NCBI GenBank assembly: GCA_963729625.1
Contig: CAVSOU010000010.1
Coordinates: forward strand, 480,001 to 544,000
Origin: an uncultured bacterium
Lineage (GTDB): Bacteria > Chloroflexota > UBA5177 > JANWHV01
Length of the DNA stretch: 64,000 nucleotides
Reading direction: 5' to 3'
The position numbers were made by a program, and so were the translations under genes. The notes under the pieces were generated by a model. That model was given only the letters and a program-made list of their open reading frames with translations, was not told the DNA's origin and made no database searches. Positions 62,796 through 64,000 of this stretch are shown one piece after another. Within the stretch, counting starts at the first letter, position 1, and every line of letters starts with the position of its first letter.

Positions 62796-64000
62796 TCAGT
62801 GCACAAACAGTGATCTCGCCACCATCTTGGCAGGCTGGGGCAAGCCCATGATGTCCAGCACAGTTGGCCCGATGTCACTCAAAGTTCCGCCGTCGCGTAG
62901 CCGCACCATACTCCAGGGAGAATCGGGGCTGGGCGGCACGACGACAAACGGCACAGGACAGGTAGTATGAGCCGTATGCGGCGACCCAAGCTCCGGATCG
63001 ATCATCATCTCGGCGTTCCCGTGATCCGAAGTGACGAGCGCGAGTCCGCCGGCCGCCGCCACGGCGGCAAGCACGCGGCCAAGCTCGCGGTCCACAGTCT
63101 CCACCGCGCGAATCGTGGGCGGAATCATGCCGCTGTGCCCGACCATATCGCAATTCGCGAAGTTCATGATCACAAGATCCGGCAAGTCCGCCTTCAGCCG
63201 GTCGATAACCACCTGTGCGACGCCGGCAGCGCTCATCTCAGGCGCAAGATCGTAGGTAGCAACCTTGGGCGACTGTACGACCACCTGGTCCTCTCCCGGC
63301 CACGGCTGCTCGCGCCCACCGTTGATGAAATACGTGACGTGCGCGTACTTCTCTGTTTCCGCGACATGCAACTGCTTCAGGCCCAATTCGCTCACTACCT
63401 GTGCGAGCGTCACTTCGACCGGATCGGCGAGTTCTTCAGGTGGATAGGCAACGACGACTGGAACGTCCTTTTCATACGTCGCCAGCGTGACGAAATAGAG
63501 ATCGTTCAACTGCCGCCCGCGGTCGAACGACGCGAAGTCGGGCATGACGAATGCCCGTGTAAGCTGGCGCGGGCGGTCGCCACGGAAGTTGAAGAAGATT
63601 ATGGCGTCGCCATCGCAAACGGTCGCGACCGGGTGACCATCCTGGACGATTACAGTGGGTAGAACGAACTCGTCGTTCACATTCGCCGCGTAGCTGTTCT
63701 CGATCGCCGTCAACGCGTCGGCTGCTTGCTCGCCCTTGCCATACACCAGTGCATCATAGGCCCTCGCGGTTCGATCCCACCGTTTGTCTCGATCCATCGC
63801 ATAGTAGCGGCCGCTTACCGTCGCGATCTTGCCGATTTGCATGTCGTCAAGGTTGCCGTTGAGCTTCTCGACATACTCGTGCGCGCTCCTCGGCGGCGTG
63901 TCGCGCCCATCGAGAATCGCTTGAACGAATACCTTCTCGAGCCCCTTGCTGCTGGCCAGCTTAAGCAGTGCCAGAAGATGCTCATCGTACGCGTGTACGC
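62796..64000 (-). CDS. gpmI: 2,3-bisphosphoglycerate-independent phosphoglycerate mutase (5' end beyond window)
   Basis: GRYYAMDRD, NFR.DR, AETEKYAHVT, DMVGH, SDHGNAE; upstream of eno. Confidence 0.96.
   Translation of the reverse strand, partial: VHAYDEHLLALLKLASSKGLEKVFVQAILDGRDTPPRSAHEYVEKLNGNLDDMQIGKIATVSGRYYAMDRDKRWDRTARAYDALVYGKGEQAADALTAIENSYAANVNDEFVLPTVIVQDGHPVATVCDGDAIIFFNFRGDRPRQLTRAFVMPDFASFDRGRQLNDLYFVTLATYEKDVPVVVAYPPEELADPVEVTLAQVVSELGLKQLHVAETEKYAHVTYFINGGREQPWPGEDQVVVQSPKVATYDLAPEMSAAGVAQVVIDRLKADLPDLVIMNFANCDMVGHSGMIPPTIRAVETVDRELGRVLAAVAAAGGLALVTSDHGNAEMMIDPELGSPHTAHTTCPVPFVVVPPSPDSPWSMVRLRDGGTLSDIGPTVLDIMGLPQPAKMVARSLFVH

Overview
GC-rich bacterial chromosomal segment. 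ClpC, RpsA, GroEL, the large SRP RNA and a GTAC-N4-GTTC box suggest Chloroflexota or a relative, but this is inference. It is mostly core genome: nadD, SRP RNA-dnaX-ybaB-recR, rpsA, clpC-radA, two tRNA-Ser, fabF-accB-fabH, lpdA-nth, guaB, groEL, a DEAD-box helicase, trmJ, hisB, glycerate kinase, yitJ, eno and partial gpmI. Interspersed are envelope genes: two lipid-carrier glycosylation cassettes, an L,D-transpeptidase, a VanW-family protein, a 3D-domain protein and a large secreted protein. I found no CRISPR array, integrase, transposase, prophage or recognisable defence system. The best leads are (1) a stand-alone Rad52/Sak-like annealing protein behind a promoter with a LexA-type box, followed by a multi-zinc-ribbon ORF and a WD40-like ORF; (2) a VanW protein with no cysteine, a probable pseudo-enzyme; (3) a ParB paralogue without ParA, coupled to a GH15-like gene; (4) nadD with ACG where ATG is expected; (5) three single-base frameshifts, all in exported or membrane genes; (6) two perfect 34-36 bp palindromes and an 8-mer tandem repeat. 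All family calls come from motif recognition, not database searches.
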